Positions 51,295 to 64,000 of a stretch of 64,000 nt of DNA are shown piece after piece. Below the pieces are notes generated by a model, which saw nothing but the letters and a program-made list of their open reading frames with translations, did no database searches and was not told the origin of the DNA. The stretch spans positions 55,738,001 to 55,802,000 of the forward strand of contig NC_042999.1 in assembly GCF_006345805.1 (NCBI RefSeq), given 5' to 3'. The stretch comes from Octopus sinensis. Taxonomy: Eukaryota. Made by a program: the position numbers and the translations under genes. The stretch's first letter is position 1, and every line of letters begins with the position of its first letter.

Positions 51295-52142
51295 CTTACG
51301 AGAGAATATAAATAAGATACTTACATGCGCCTATGGAAAAAGCCGAAGCAAAAAAACATAAGTACATTTAAGTACCCCAGTTATATCTAAAAATATAGAG
51401 ATAACGAAATTTAAATGTTTTAACGGTTAGCTTGCCCGACTTCAGTTCAATCTTGCGTGTAGATTATATGTGGAAAATCAGCATGTTGGCTTTGAAATAA
51501 TTTTTCTTTAGCCCTTTCTTATAAGTTGTTTATAATTTTAACCGTAAAGGTATTTTAATATGCTGCCACATTTCTTGATGGAATTCTTTTCTGTAGAGAA
51601 AAAAACTTCATCTTATATTAGTAGTAGACTTATGACTACCAGCTACAGAGACTGGTAACCACTATAATCTGTAGTGGCGAACAGTCAACACGTTGTTCTG
51701 AGGCTGACCAAAGAATTTTTATTTTTAGATATAACTGGGGTACTTATGTTTTTTGCTTCGGCTTTTTCCATAGGCGCATGTAAGTATCTTATTTATATTC
51801 TCTCGTAAGCTCTACTGAAGACGAATAAATCTTTTATGAGATTAATTCCGAAATTGATTTAATATAGAGATAACGAAATTTAAATGTTCTAACGGTTAGC
51901 TTGCCCGACTTCAGTTCAATATTTCTCTAGCGTGTAGATTATATGTGGAAAATCGGCATATTGGCTTTGAAATAATTTTTCTTTAGCCCTTTCTTATAAG
52001 TATATATACATATAAAGATTGAATTTCCCTCCGGAAGCAGTTCCGCAACCATAGGATGAATTTGATAAGATAAAATGCTTAAATAGTCTTGACTATAAAT
52101 TCTGCCATGAGGGAAAACCATTGAGCCGGCGGATTTCCAATA

Positions 52143-52234
<92 letters not shown>

Positions 52235-52246
52235 TATATAATATAC

Positions 52247-52320
<74 letters not shown>

Positions 52321-52346
52321 ATATATATACATATATATACATATAC

Positions 52347-52541
<195 letters not shown>

Positions 52542-52584
52542 ATAAAACGGTAAGATAACAAAAGAAAGAAAGAGACCTCAATAT

Positions 52585-53200
52585 TTTGTTCCAGTGCCTA
52601 AAGCTCAAAGTGTGGTTATTGAACCTGGCCTTGAAATTACCCTCTGTCAGGCCCACGTATTTCTTCGTCGAAACAAAAGAAAAGCGACACAATTATCCAA
52701 TCATATTTGGTCTTTAAGAGATAAAGGTGTCGATTATAACATACAATGGAAGATTTTGGCCAGATGTAAGCCCTATACTAACGGCAGCGGAAGGTGCGGT
52801 TTATGCGACATGGAGAGATGGCTTATCTGGAAAAGCAGCTTAGACCCTACCACATGTCTAAATACAAGGACAGAGCTTTTCGGATCATGCCCACATGTGA
52901 CTAAATTTCTGTTACGTTTTTGGTCCCCTAAAGAAAACGGATAGAACATGCTTTCTGTGTTATGTCCCAAGAAGATTTTATATATTTTTATATATTTTAT
53001 ATATTTTATGTATTTTTATATAATTTTTATGACGAAAAATGCGAGCGATTGTATAAGTACGCAGGCAAAGCAGAGTTATAACAGAGTAATTTCCCTTCAT
53101 TTTAACGGTATTTTTTCATAACGTTTTCAAATAGCCAGATAACCGAAGAGATGGTGTTGTGGATTTCCATTTCGGCATCTGAAACTCAGAGTTTTATCTT
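52585..53200 (+). mobile_element. Penelope-like 3' fragment (GIY-YIG) with an inverted 5' segment and a 3' hammerhead
   Basis: Plus strand: [53 protein letters not shown]. Minus strand 52585-52672: [24 protein letters not shown]. Confidence 0.85.
53138..53198 (+). ncRNA. Hammerhead-like motif in the PLE 3' region
   Basis: GATAA-CCGAAGA-GATG..CATC-T-GAA-ACTC-A-GAGT-T-TTATC; U4C change, extra U before G12. Confidence 0.5.
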
Positions 53201-53228
53201 GACTACCGAGTAATGTAACATATTGTAT

Positions 53229-53259
<31 letters not shown>

Positions 53260-53264
<5 letters not shown>

Positions 53265-53616
53265 AATCCGCCGGCTCAATGGTTTTCCCTCATGGCAGAA
53301 TTTATAGTCAAGGCTATTTAAGCATTTTATCTTATCAAATTCATCCTATGGTTGCGGAACTGCTTCCGGAGGGAAATTCAATCTTTCAGGATGATAAGAC
53401 ACCAATTCACACAGCTAAAGTTGTTATTGACTGGCACGAGGAACATTCTAGTGAAGTTGAACATGTTTATCTGGCTACCACAGTCCCCAGGTCTCAATAT
53501 TATTGAACATTATGGCGCATATCCTCCACCATCATCACTACAAGAACTGGAGACTGTTTTTGCTGAAGGCGGTCCTAAATTTTAAGGTGTTTCCATTATT
53601 TTGTCTAACCCCTGTA
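53260..53616 (+). mobile_element. Tc1-like 3' fragment with TIR (5' part duplicated inverted at 52018-52142)
   Basis: IFQDDKTPIHTAKVV..WLPQSPGLNIIEH; ends GTGTTTCCATTATTTTGTCTAACCCCTG-TA. Confidence 0.8.
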
Positions 53617-53629
53617 TATATGTAGAGAG

Positions 53630-54065
53630 AGACGTAGGTATGGTAAGAAGCTTGCTTCTCAACGACACCGTCCTGGGCCCAGTCCCACTGCGTGGCACCT
53701 TGGGCAAGTGTCTTCTACTAGAACTTCGGGCCGATAAAACCTTATGAGTGAATTTGGTAGACGGAAGCTGAAAGAAGCCCATCAAATACATGTGTGTGTG
53801 TGTTTGTGTGTGTGTGCGTGTGTGTGTATGTGTGTGTGTGCATGCGTGTGTGTATTTGTGTATGTGTTTGTTCCCCTCAACTGCTTGACAACCGGTGTTA
53901 GTGTGATTACATCCCTGAAGCTTAGCGGTTTCGGCAAAACTCACTGATAGACTATGTACCAGGTTTGAAATCAAGTACTGGGATCGATTCATTGGGCTAA
54001 AAATTATTCAAGGTGGTGTCCCAGCAAGACCGCTGTGTAATAACTGAAACAAGTAAAGGATAAGA
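53630..54065 (+). mobile_element. tRNA-derived SINE (41707 family), diverged
   Basis: GGTAAGAAGCTTGCTTCTCAAC..CAGTCCCACTGCGTGGCACCTTGGGCAAGTGTCTTCTAC; uninterrupted at the site used by the gag elements. Confidence 0.75.
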
Positions 54066-54066
54066 G

Positions 54067-54100
<34 letters not shown>

Positions 54101-54209
54101 TCAAACAGACTCCAACGTGGCTGGTGATTTTCTGCGTTGGCATGACTAATTTTATGTAGTTAAAAATCGACAAAAAGAAAATAGTGAAGTTTTCGTGAGG
54201 TGTGGAAAA

Positions 54210-54241
54210 TCTAACGTTTCGGACACAGTCCTTCTTCAGAG
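54210..54241 (-). ncRNA. Minimal hammerhead-like motif
   Basis: Minus strand CT-CTGAAGA-A-GGAC-TGT-GTCC-GAAACGTT-AG; palindromic AACGTT stem III. Confidence 0.5.
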
Positions 54242-54457
54242 CAAAGTTGAAAAGAGAAACATTAATGAGAAACGACAGAGTTGTACATTGTGTAAGTTGC
54301 AGCCAGTTTATTTAACTTAGAAGGCGCAAAACTCTGCTGCCTTTCGTTAATTCCGGTCCCTTCAGCTTTTCCCCTAAAAAATGAACTGTGTCCAAAGCGT
54401 TGCATTTTCTGCTCCTCATGGCAAGTTCACTGTATTCTCTGTGTGTGCATGTGTGTG

Positions 54458-54511
<54 letters not shown>

Positions 54512-55854
54512 TTAGGTTTTTACATTGTGGATAGTTTAATTTGTATATTTGTGCTTTTGACAGCTCGACGGTTATTACATAATATTTAATATATGCACAA
54601 TCCAACGGGTATCAGAATGACTAAAATATATTTAAATATTAGAAAGACTAACTGTGAGAGGAATCTTTAAGAATTTGAAAACACTCTTTCTGTGCTTTCG
54701 AAATGCAGAATAAAAGAGAGGGAGACTCCTGATATATCAGCTAATATATAAAACAGTCAGAAATCAAGCTATTATATATTGTTTAATTATTGAAGAGCCG
54801 TCAAAAACTCAGATATGCTAAATAAACTATCCCTAACGGTGTAAGAGCATAATTTCTAACTACTTTCTAGTTATACTTTGTAATTGAATATTCTAAGCTA
54901 TTGATCTGAGAAGGAAGTTGGCTATGTTTCCTCAGAGGAACGAACAGTAAACTACGAAAGAGTTCATCGGAGATTCCTTCTCTTTCCCCGCACATTGAAA
55001 GCGTAGAGGGAATGCGTTTACAATTTTATAATTTCTTCTCACAGTTAGGCTTCCTAATATTAAATTTTCATACATGCACACGTACATACGCACACAAATA
55101 CACACGCACGCACACATACACACATATACATACACTTACATACACACATGAAGATACATACGTATGAAAGGAGACTCTGGGCAATCACTCGAAATGCTCA
55201 AAATCGCAGCCAATGCTTCCATCTAATTACACACTAGCTTTCAAAAAAGAAAGCTAAATTACAGAACTTACATTTTGGTATACAAATAGACAGATGATCA
55301 CCACAGAAGGGCTTTCATCATATGACTACTTAATGAAAGTTGATATGGAGATTATAAAAATTTGTGTAATTTTTTCCAGTTAACAACGAATTTTCTGCTT
55401 TATTAATCCTCCATTCTTTCTTCGGCTGCTCTGTTTTCTTATTTAACAGATTACTAGCATCCAAGTATACACATTAAATAATAACTCTCTATATAAGACC
55501 ATGTTATTACTACCTTTTAGATAGCGTGTTAACACTTATATATTATTTGCATGTTTGTGAGTATATGTGTGTATATGACTCTATTTATATATGTTTGTAT
55601 GTGTGTGTGTGTGTATGTGCGAGTATAAAGATAGATATATAGAAATATAAATAGAGTTGATGTATAAGAGCGTTAGAATAAACGAATAAAAAAAATAATC
55701 CAAAGGGAGAGAGAGAAGAGTAAAATTATGAGGAAATGCCACTATCTTTAGTTATTTCTATCTCCTTATCTCCATCAATCCAGGTAGACTTACCTGTTCA
55801 CGAAACATACTTTACGAGGATTACAATTAGAGAATCAATCGTTTCCTAAACTAC

Positions 55855-55857
55855 ATG

Positions 55858-55924
<67 letters not shown>

Positions 55925-56055
55925 CCTGTCTGTCTGTCTGTCAGTCTGTCTGTATGTCTGTATGTCTATCTATCAGTCGGTCTGTTTGTCTGCCTGTCTG
56001 CTTGTCTGTCTGTCTGCCTATCTGACTGTTTGCCTGTCTGTATGTGTGTGTGTGT

Positions 56056-56102
<47 letters not shown>

Positions 56103-56301
56103 TGTGTGGTGTTTATTTATATGTTTATCAATTTATTTATATGTTTATCAATTTATTTGTCTGTGTCTCTCCGTCAATTTTTGTCTCGGTCTGTTTGTCA
56201 ATTTACTTTACCTATCTGTTTGCCTGTCAGTCTGTCAGTCTATCTATTTGTCAACTTTATGTATGTATGTATGTATGTATGTATGTATGTATGTATGCAC
56301 G

Positions 56302-56356
<55 letters not shown>

Positions 56357-56373
56357 TAGACAGATAGACAGAC

Positions 56374-56449
<76 letters not shown>

Positions 56450-56500
56450 GGACATGCATGCATGCATACATGTATACATACATGCATACATATACACACA

Positions 56501-56533
<33 letters not shown>

Positions 56534-56600
56534 CACACTCTTTGTCTCTCTCCACACACAAACACATCTGTCAATTTCTATCTCTCACTCTCTCTGTCTG

Positions 56601-56648
<48 letters not shown>

Positions 56649-56701
56649 CCGTTCTGCTGTCGTCTGTCTGTAGGTAATGTATGTATGGATGTTAGTATCT
56701 A

Positions 56702-56773
<72 letters not shown>

Positions 56774-56775
56774 GT
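55855..56775. repeat. (TATC)n/(TGTC)n/(GT)n/(GA)n microsatellite field
   Basis: Directly visible. Confidence 0.95.
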
Positions 56776-56969
56776 CTGTTTGCTCGCTTTTTTGTCCGTC
56801 TCCCTGCCTCCCTACGCATATCTTTCGTCGATTCTATGTAATTATAGATTTCCAACTCTCTGGCAAATCTTGTCACCAAAATAATTCCCCTGTCACGTTA
56901 AGATCACAGAATCTTCCGTCAATAAAACCTTACCTACAACATAGAGTATCTACAAGCTACAGTTTGTTA

Positions 56970-57069
56970 NNNNNNNNNNNNNNNNNNNNNNNNNNNNNNN
57001 NNNNNNNNNNNNNNNNNNNNNNNNNNNNNNNNNNNNNNNNNNNNNNNNNNNNNNNNNNNNNNNNNNNNN
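56970..57069. other. Assembly gap (100 N)
   Basis: Run of N. Confidence 1.
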
Positions 57070-57283
57070 ACTACTTCTGCTCGTGATCACAGATGCACAT
57101 ATCGTCAGCCACTAAGGACATGCTCAACTGGTTACGGTCAAACACTGACAAGCAAATCTGTGGTATTGAGCAGAATATTTGCTGTAGCCCATCTTTTTTG
57201 CTGTAGCCCATCTTTTTTGCTGTAGCCCATCTTTTTTGCTGCAGCCCATCTTTTTATTATCATTATTATTATCATTATTATTA

Positions 57284-57353
<70 letters not shown>

Positions 57354-57635
57354 CCTAATTATTATTAATATTATTATTATTATTATTATTATCATCATCA
57401 TCATTATAATTATTCTGTCTATGATGCTCCCTCACTACTTCTGCTCGTGATCAGAAATGCACATATCGTCAGCCAATAAGGGACATGCTCAACTGGTTAA
57501 GGTCAAACAAATGACAAGCAAATCTGTGGTATTGAGCAGAATATCTGCTGTAGCCCATCTTTTATACCAAGACAAAACAATGTACATGATAACACTTCCA
57601 ATCAGTTAAGATCAGAAGCCATGAGAGCCACTGTT
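57070..57635. repeat. Two copies of a ~130-bp interspersed repeat separated by a 19-bp minisatellite and (ATT)n
   Basis: CTACTTCTGCTCGTGATCA..GCTGTAGCCCATC at 57070 and 57436; TGTAGCCCATCTTTTTTGC repeated ~4x. Confidence 0.8.
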
Positions 57636-57636
57636 T

Positions 57637-57715
<79 letters not shown>

Positions 57716-57805
57716 CATTATTATTATTATTCAACTAGCAATAACCACGCCTCGGATAACCCTCATTGGCTTATTATCATTGTTGTTGTTGTTGTTTTTC
57801 TTCTT

Positions 57806-57888
<83 letters not shown>

Positions 57889-58494
57889 GATATGCATTAA
57901 CAAACACATACATGTATGCAATTTGAACATACACTCAAGCGTACAAACATCATGTACATACATACATACACTTGTACATACACACCACTTTCTCTCACAC
58001 TCTTATTCACTGTTTCTTATATCTGTAGTATGTATTGGATCCCCCACCCCTCTCTTCTCTCTTTCTCTACGTTGGTGTTCTTCAGAATGTATGTGTATAT
58101 ATGTGTTGCATGTGTATTTTATGTGTGAATGTATATGTACTGTGTGTGTATTGTCTGTATGTTTATGTATACGTACAGATATATACGTAGATAGATCTTG
58201 TCTCCAGAAATGTGCAACATACTGAAACTCGCATCTTGGCTACGCGCGCGCTAAATGCATGAGAGAGAAGAAATAGGGAGGAAAGAGGGGATGTGGGGAC
58301 ATACGGGATGGAACAGAGGGAGTGGAGACAGGGAGGAAGGGAAGGGAGGAGAAAGAAGAGATGAACGGTGAGAGTATAAAGAAGAGTAAGTTCAAAATAG
58401 AGCTTGTTATTAAAATACAATGAAATTATTCTTTGAGAATCTGAAACTTTACTAATCGTTACACCAATTTTGTTGTTGGCCATATCTTTCTCTT

Positions 58495-58950
58495 TTACTC
58501 TTTTACTTGTTTCAGTCATTTGACTGTGGCCATGCTGGAGCACCGTCTTTAGTCGAGCAAATCGACCCCCAGGACTTATTCTTTGTAAGCCTAGTACTTA
58601 TTCTATCGGTCTCTTTCGCCGAACCGCTAAGTTACGGGGACGTAAACACACCAGCATCGACTGTCAAGCGATGTTGTGGGACAAACACAGACACAAACAC
58701 ACACACAACACACCACAAACACACAACACCCACACACACACACCACACACCACACACACATATATATATATATATATATTATATATACATTATTACGACG
58801 GGCTTCTTTCAGTTTCCGTCTACCAGATCCACACTCACAAGGCTTTGGTCGGTCCGAGGCCATAGTAGAAGACACTTGCCCAAGGTGTCACGCAGTGGAA
58901 CCGAACCCGTAACCATGTGGTTGGTAAGCAAGCCACTTACCACACAGCTA
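58495..58950 (-). mobile_element. tRNA-derived SINE (41707 family) with 3' module
   Basis: Minus-strand head GGCGTAGGAGTAGCTGTGTGGTAAGTGGCTTGCTTACCAACCACATGG, uninterrupted. Confidence 0.8.
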
Positions 58951-59399
58951 CTCCTACGCCATCTGCGGAAGTTTTTTCTAAAAATTAAAAATAAATATAG
59001 AAAATGTAGAATATCAAGAATAATACTTCGTAACAGCTTGTTGAAGAAAAATACACACTGGATTTTCTTTCTTTTTTTTTAAAATTGAAACGGAAAAAAT
59101 ACGTAATATGTTAGCACCTTCAGATTCAATAACTGCTTCTATACGAGATCTAAATCGTCTGCATGCTCAAATCAAGGGGTCCTGGTTCATTTTGGACATT
59201 ACTCTCAATATGGTAGCTTTCAAAGAATCTTCGGTGTTATGAGCATGTTCATTTACCTCTCTCTCAACAACGCTCCATATATGCTACAAAAATACACTAT
59301 TACACCACATCTATTCTGCAACTACTTTACTACTCCCACAAGATGAGATCTGGGGAATTAAGAGGCGAAATGTTTGGGGTTGTGTGATCATTAAAATTT

Positions 59400-60050
59400 T
59401 CAGGTATTCAATCCTGCGTTGCTTGAGCCTCGTGTGATGGTGCAGAGTCTTGCTGAAACACATATGATCTTCCATTGCGTACACTGTCTATCCAGGGCTT
59501 AACAACTGTTTCCAGGACCTCAGTGTAGGCGGCAGAGTTTATTCTAAGGCCTTGTAGAAAGAAGTAAGGAGACATCACATGTCCTTCATTGCTGACAACC
59601 CCAAAAGCCAGGACAAATGCAGGAAATTTTGTATGCAAAACTCTTGGAACTTCAGACGGGTCTGCACATAACCATCTGTCATTTTTTCTGATAACTTTTT
59701 GACCTTGATCGAAGTTATTTTCGTCTGAGAAAAACCGAATCAAATCTTATTCTGCTAGATTTTTCAGTTTGTTTAAGAGCCTTTTAGATCTGATGTAGCG
59801 ATTTTCCTTTGCTTTTTCTGAAATTAATTGACCTTTCCTCATCATATAAGATTTATAGCTGATGTCTTCGAGGACACCATTTCTGATTGTTCCTTCTGAC
59901 ACATAGCGATCTTTTGCAGTTGACCTCATGGATTTTCTGAGATTGTAATCAATGGTGTGTTGAACTTGCTGGATAAATGCAGGTGTTCTGATAATTCCAG
60001 AGCATTTAGAATACTTTTTACGCTTTGATACTGGTGATGCTTCCATTTTT
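59400..60050 (-). pseudogene. maT/DD37D-like transposase remnant
   Basis: IRTPAFIQQVQ..RKSMRS..VSEGTIR; FFSDENNF..KNDRWL..TKFPAFVLAFGVVSNEG..YVFQQDSAPSH. Confidence 0.8.
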
Positions 60051-60254
60051 GGGCTCTAACACCTCACGAACTTTTAAATATTGAGATATTTCTAAATCGT
60101 TATGCTCAACCTTTATAGCCACGATAACAGCATCCGTTTTTATTTCTTGAGTAAGCTGAAGGTCTACCATTATCATTTTCTGAAACAAAGATTATATAGA
60201 GTTAGCAAAAAATGTAGCATTGATTCCAAAAGCTATGCCTCAAATATCTTAAGC

Positions 60255-60285
<31 letters not shown>

Positions 60286-60578
60286 ATACTATATATTTAT
60301 ATATATATATATTATATATATATATTATATATATATATATATATAATATGATAGCATCGAAATCAAACATTATTACGGAGACAGCGCGACTATATATCAC
60401 CTGAGGAGATACAACTAGGTCCTATTATACAGGTAAACCGTTAATAATTTAAGTTTAAATCCTGTATATATGTGGATCTATATTGTATTGAAACATGTGT
60501 AGTGTAGTGTAGTGGGTCATTAAACGGATGTCGAATCGTACTCCCTCTTCCGTTTGACTCTATTCTTATATAGATCTA

Positions 60579-60644
<66 letters not shown>

Positions 60645-60645
60645 A

Positions 60646-60695
<50 letters not shown>

Positions 60696-60731
60696 TTATG
60701 GTATTTATGTATGTATGTATGTATAATATAG

Positions 60732-60770
<39 letters not shown>

Positions 60771-60984
60771 TATATATATATATATATAATATATATAGAC
60801 TACATATATATATGTGTATGATATATATTGTATATTATATATGTATGTATGTATGTACAGATTATATGATATGTATGTATGTATATACATATATATATGT
60901 GTATATATATATGTTATATATATATATGTGTATGTATGATGTATTTATGTATGTATGTAGGTATATATATATATAATTATATAT

Positions 60985-61016
<32 letters not shown>

Positions 61017-61080
61017 CATATATATATGTGTATATATATGTATATATATGTTATATATATATTAAATATATATATATATA

Positions 61081-61121
<41 letters not shown>

Positions 61122-61129
61122 ACTTTGAT

Positions 61130-64000
61130 ACTTTGATATTGATAGGTTTCGGCCATTATTGGCCCAGGCCATGTCTAACTTAATAGCACCACCTGGTGAA
61201 GTCTTTCAAGTCAGAATTTGGGCACTATGGCCCACTCAAGTAGAGAGTTATTGTTTACAGAGACATATCCGGGTGTAGGGGGTTTATCCGGATTTCTTGA
61301 AGGAATCTGTCTACAAAGACTTCTTGAACCCTATAGGGTCAGTTTCTGTTTTAATGTGTTTTGGTGTGTAATGTTAAAGAGAGCGGGGCCAATTGAGGTG
61401 AAATAATTGTGCCGTATTGTTGTTATGAGATGAGAGTGCAATTTTTGTTTGGGCGGATGGCACGGGGCCCAAGCCTTGGATGTCTACCTTAAAGGTGATG
61501 CCAACATCATTTGGGCAATGCTGATGGAATATTTCCACATCATGCAGATGATGTAGCGCTCACGACGACGTTGGAGAGAATAGAGTTTTAGCTTTTCTAG
61601 TCGACCCCAATAGTCGAGGCCTGTCATGCCATCTATCTTTTTTGTGATTGCCCTTTGAGGTGCTTCAACTTTTATGATACCTGTATTGTGTGGGGGAGAC
61701 CACAGTGGACAACAGTTTCAAGGTGGGGTCGGGCAAAAGTGGAGAAGAGAAGGATAATGGTGTGGATATCTCTCGACTGGAAAGTTCTGAGAATCCAGGA
61801 ACACATTCTGCGGGCCATGTCAACTTTGGTGTTTATATGAGTGGCCCAGCTTATGTTGTGTCCACAATTACTCCCAGGTCTCTGATGTTGTTGGACGCCG
61901 CGAGAGTTTCACCTGAAGGAAGGGAGTATGGGAGTTTCAGGGCATCCTCTTTTCCAAAGTGGATTAGCTCAAATTTATCCTCGTTCAGCAGCATATTGTT
62001 TTTTTCTGCCCATTGGATAACAGCAGTAGATCTGACTGAAGGCATGTCCGGTCACTCGCCTCATTTATGACCTTCTGTAGCTTGGAGTCATCTGCAAAGA
62101 TTTTATGTTGCTGTGCTTTGATGATGTCATTAATGTCATTAATGTAAATGATGAAAAGAAGTGGGCCCAGCACAGTGCCTTGCGGAACGCCACTACTGAC
62201 TTTGGCTGGGCTTGATTTTACCCCTTCAACTACAACATGTTGAGATCTGTCTGTCAGGAAACACTTGATCCATTTCAGTAACTTTCCAGAGACACCAATG
62301 TTGGATAGTTTTTTCAATAGGATCTTGTGATCGACCCTGTCGAAGGCCTTACTGAAATCAAGGTAGATGACATCTGGTGTTGGAGCCCTCTCCAAAGCTC
62401 TCAAAATGTCCTCAAAGTGATGCAGGAGCTGCGTTAGGCAGTCCCTTCCATTACGGAACCCATGTTGGTTGGAGATCAGCCGTCTGTTGCTTTCCAGAAA
62501 TTGGGTTATTCGAGATCTCACCACCCTCTCAAATACCTTGATGATATGAGAGGTGAGTGAGATCGGACGGTAATTCACTGCAAGGGACTTGTTTCCCTTT
62601 TGAAAACTGGGACAACAGACTGGGACAGAAGGTTTTTGGAATATAGCCAGCATCCAGTGAGTTTCTCCACAGATTAGCAAGGGGAGATGCAAGTTGGTGT
62701 CGACACACCTTCAGGACACAAGCAGGGAACCTATCGGGGCCTACTGCTGAATTGTGTTTTATTTCGTTTATCGCCGCTAAGACATCAGGGGCACTAAACG
62801 TTATGTCCGATATAGTGTGTTGGGGGTTGACATCACTGATACAGCCCAGATCGGCCATATCAGGATTGCTGAAAACAGAGCAGTATTGTTTCTGCAGTAT
62901 CTCGGCCATGGATTTGGCATTATCTTGGAGAGTGCCAGTTTCGTCAATTAGAGGGCCTACAGTGGAGACAGTGACCCTGCGTTTCCTCGCAAATGAAAAG
63001 AACACTTTGGGGTTGAGTTTGATTTTTTCAATGGCCCACTTCTCCTCAGCTGATCTTTGGTTATTGATGAGGGTCTTCATGCATTGTTGGAGGTTATATT
63101 TTTTGGATTCAAGCAGTGCGATAGCCGTCGAATGTGTGTGTTGCTGTTGGCAGTACTTTAGTTTGTTAATTTTTTGTTTGTTCTTTTTATTTTTCTGATA
63201 ATGGTTTTCTGTTTGGGGGATTCTGCACTTTTTGTTCACAGGTCTTGGTGGGGAGTGTTTTGCACATATGTCTGTGACGGTGTCTACAAAGATCTGCCAA
63301 GATGTTTTATGGTTGGTGGAGATGTGTGTATGTGTAAAGGACCAGTCAACATGTGATAGCTCGTTCCTGATTGCATCCCAGTTGGCTTATGGAGATCCAT
63401 GTTGTCAAATGGGTGGGCTGGAGGAAGGTCACTAGGATTAGCTTTCGGCTGGTGGAATTTCATGTTACAGAGAACCATGTCATGGTCTGAAAGAAGGGTT
63501 TTTTCCACTGTAACGTTATGTATAGTGTTAGTGTGGTTACTAAACACTAGGTCCAAAATGTTCTGATGTCTTGTTGGTGCAAGGACAAGTTGGGACAAGA
63601 AAACTCATTCGTAAAGTCGAAAAGTGACTCTGCTGCTTCTTTGTCAGCGGTTGAGGCGGGAGTGCTTGGTTTCAAACAGTTTGTAGTCCAGTCAACACAG
63701 GGTAGATTGAAGTCTCCCATCATGAGTATGTTGCTAGAATGGCACTGTTGAATAAAGCACTTAATGCTGTTGAGGCATTCTTTAAAGCACAGTATGGGTG
63801 TTTGGGGCGGCCTATAGAGCCCAATACTGTCAGGTCATTGGCTTTGTTGTGCACGGTGACTGATTCACAGTAGCCGTTGGAGAATATACTATTTCCATCT
63901 GCCGTAAATGAATCATGCAGGAAAATGGCAGTTCCACCTTCCTCTGCCTACGATCGATCCGCGCGGATGGTTGTGAAATTCTTCACTCTCACTTCGGCTT
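61130..64000 (-). mobile_element. CR1/L2-type LINE ORF2 (APE and RT), frameshifted; 5' part beyond the right edge
   Basis: NYRPISLTSHIIKVFER, QHGFRNGRDCLTQLL, VIYLDFSKAFDRVDH, SGVPQGTVLGPLLFIIYINDI, FADDSKL; APE motif NILDLVF; 3' tail with TATCAAAG repeats. Confidence 0.92.

Noticed and set aside
54880-55060. Protein-like short frames on both strands (e.g. MCGEREGISDELFRSLLFVPLRK)
   Set aside because: No consistent acceptor/donor pair and no recognisable homology.
61140-61175. GGCC-AATAAT-GGCC-GAAAC on the minus strand resembling a hammerhead half
   Set aside because: No CUGANGA upstream; it is the 3' stem-loop region of the CR1/L2-type LINE.
62752-63198. 148-aa plus-strand ORF
   Set aside because: Antisense shadow of the LINE ORF2.

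Overview
This is AT-rich eukaryotic DNA saturated with microsatellites. The repeat families resemble those of an octopus/cephalopod genome (inference from recalled repeat types, not a database search). The only host gene I recognise is the first coding exon of a TELO2-like gene on the minus strand (1183-1598), which runs off the left edge. One orphan exon candidate sits at 28814-28943. Almost everything else is mobile DNA: tRNA-derived SINEs (two with clean TSDs), RTE and CR1/L2-type LINEs, Penelope-like (PLE) RT and GIY-YIG fragments, Tc1/mariner/maT fragments, MITEs and Helitrons. Highlights: (1) two diverged, ORF1-only CCHC-gag (Tx1/L1-like) elements inserted in tandem at the same 14-bp site in a SINE tRNA head, the 14-mer occurring three times; a related third element shares its 3' tail with a SINE; (2) about ten type-I hammerhead ribozyme motifs, including a near-canonical one with a long stem II and one with a U3-A8 core pair inside a foldback palindrome; (3) a head-to-tail Helitron tandem carrying RepHel, mariner and triplicated piggyBac fragments; (4) repeated short-range inverted/template-switch duplications. 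Most long ORFs in the track are microsatellite artefacts. All alignments and folds were done by eye.
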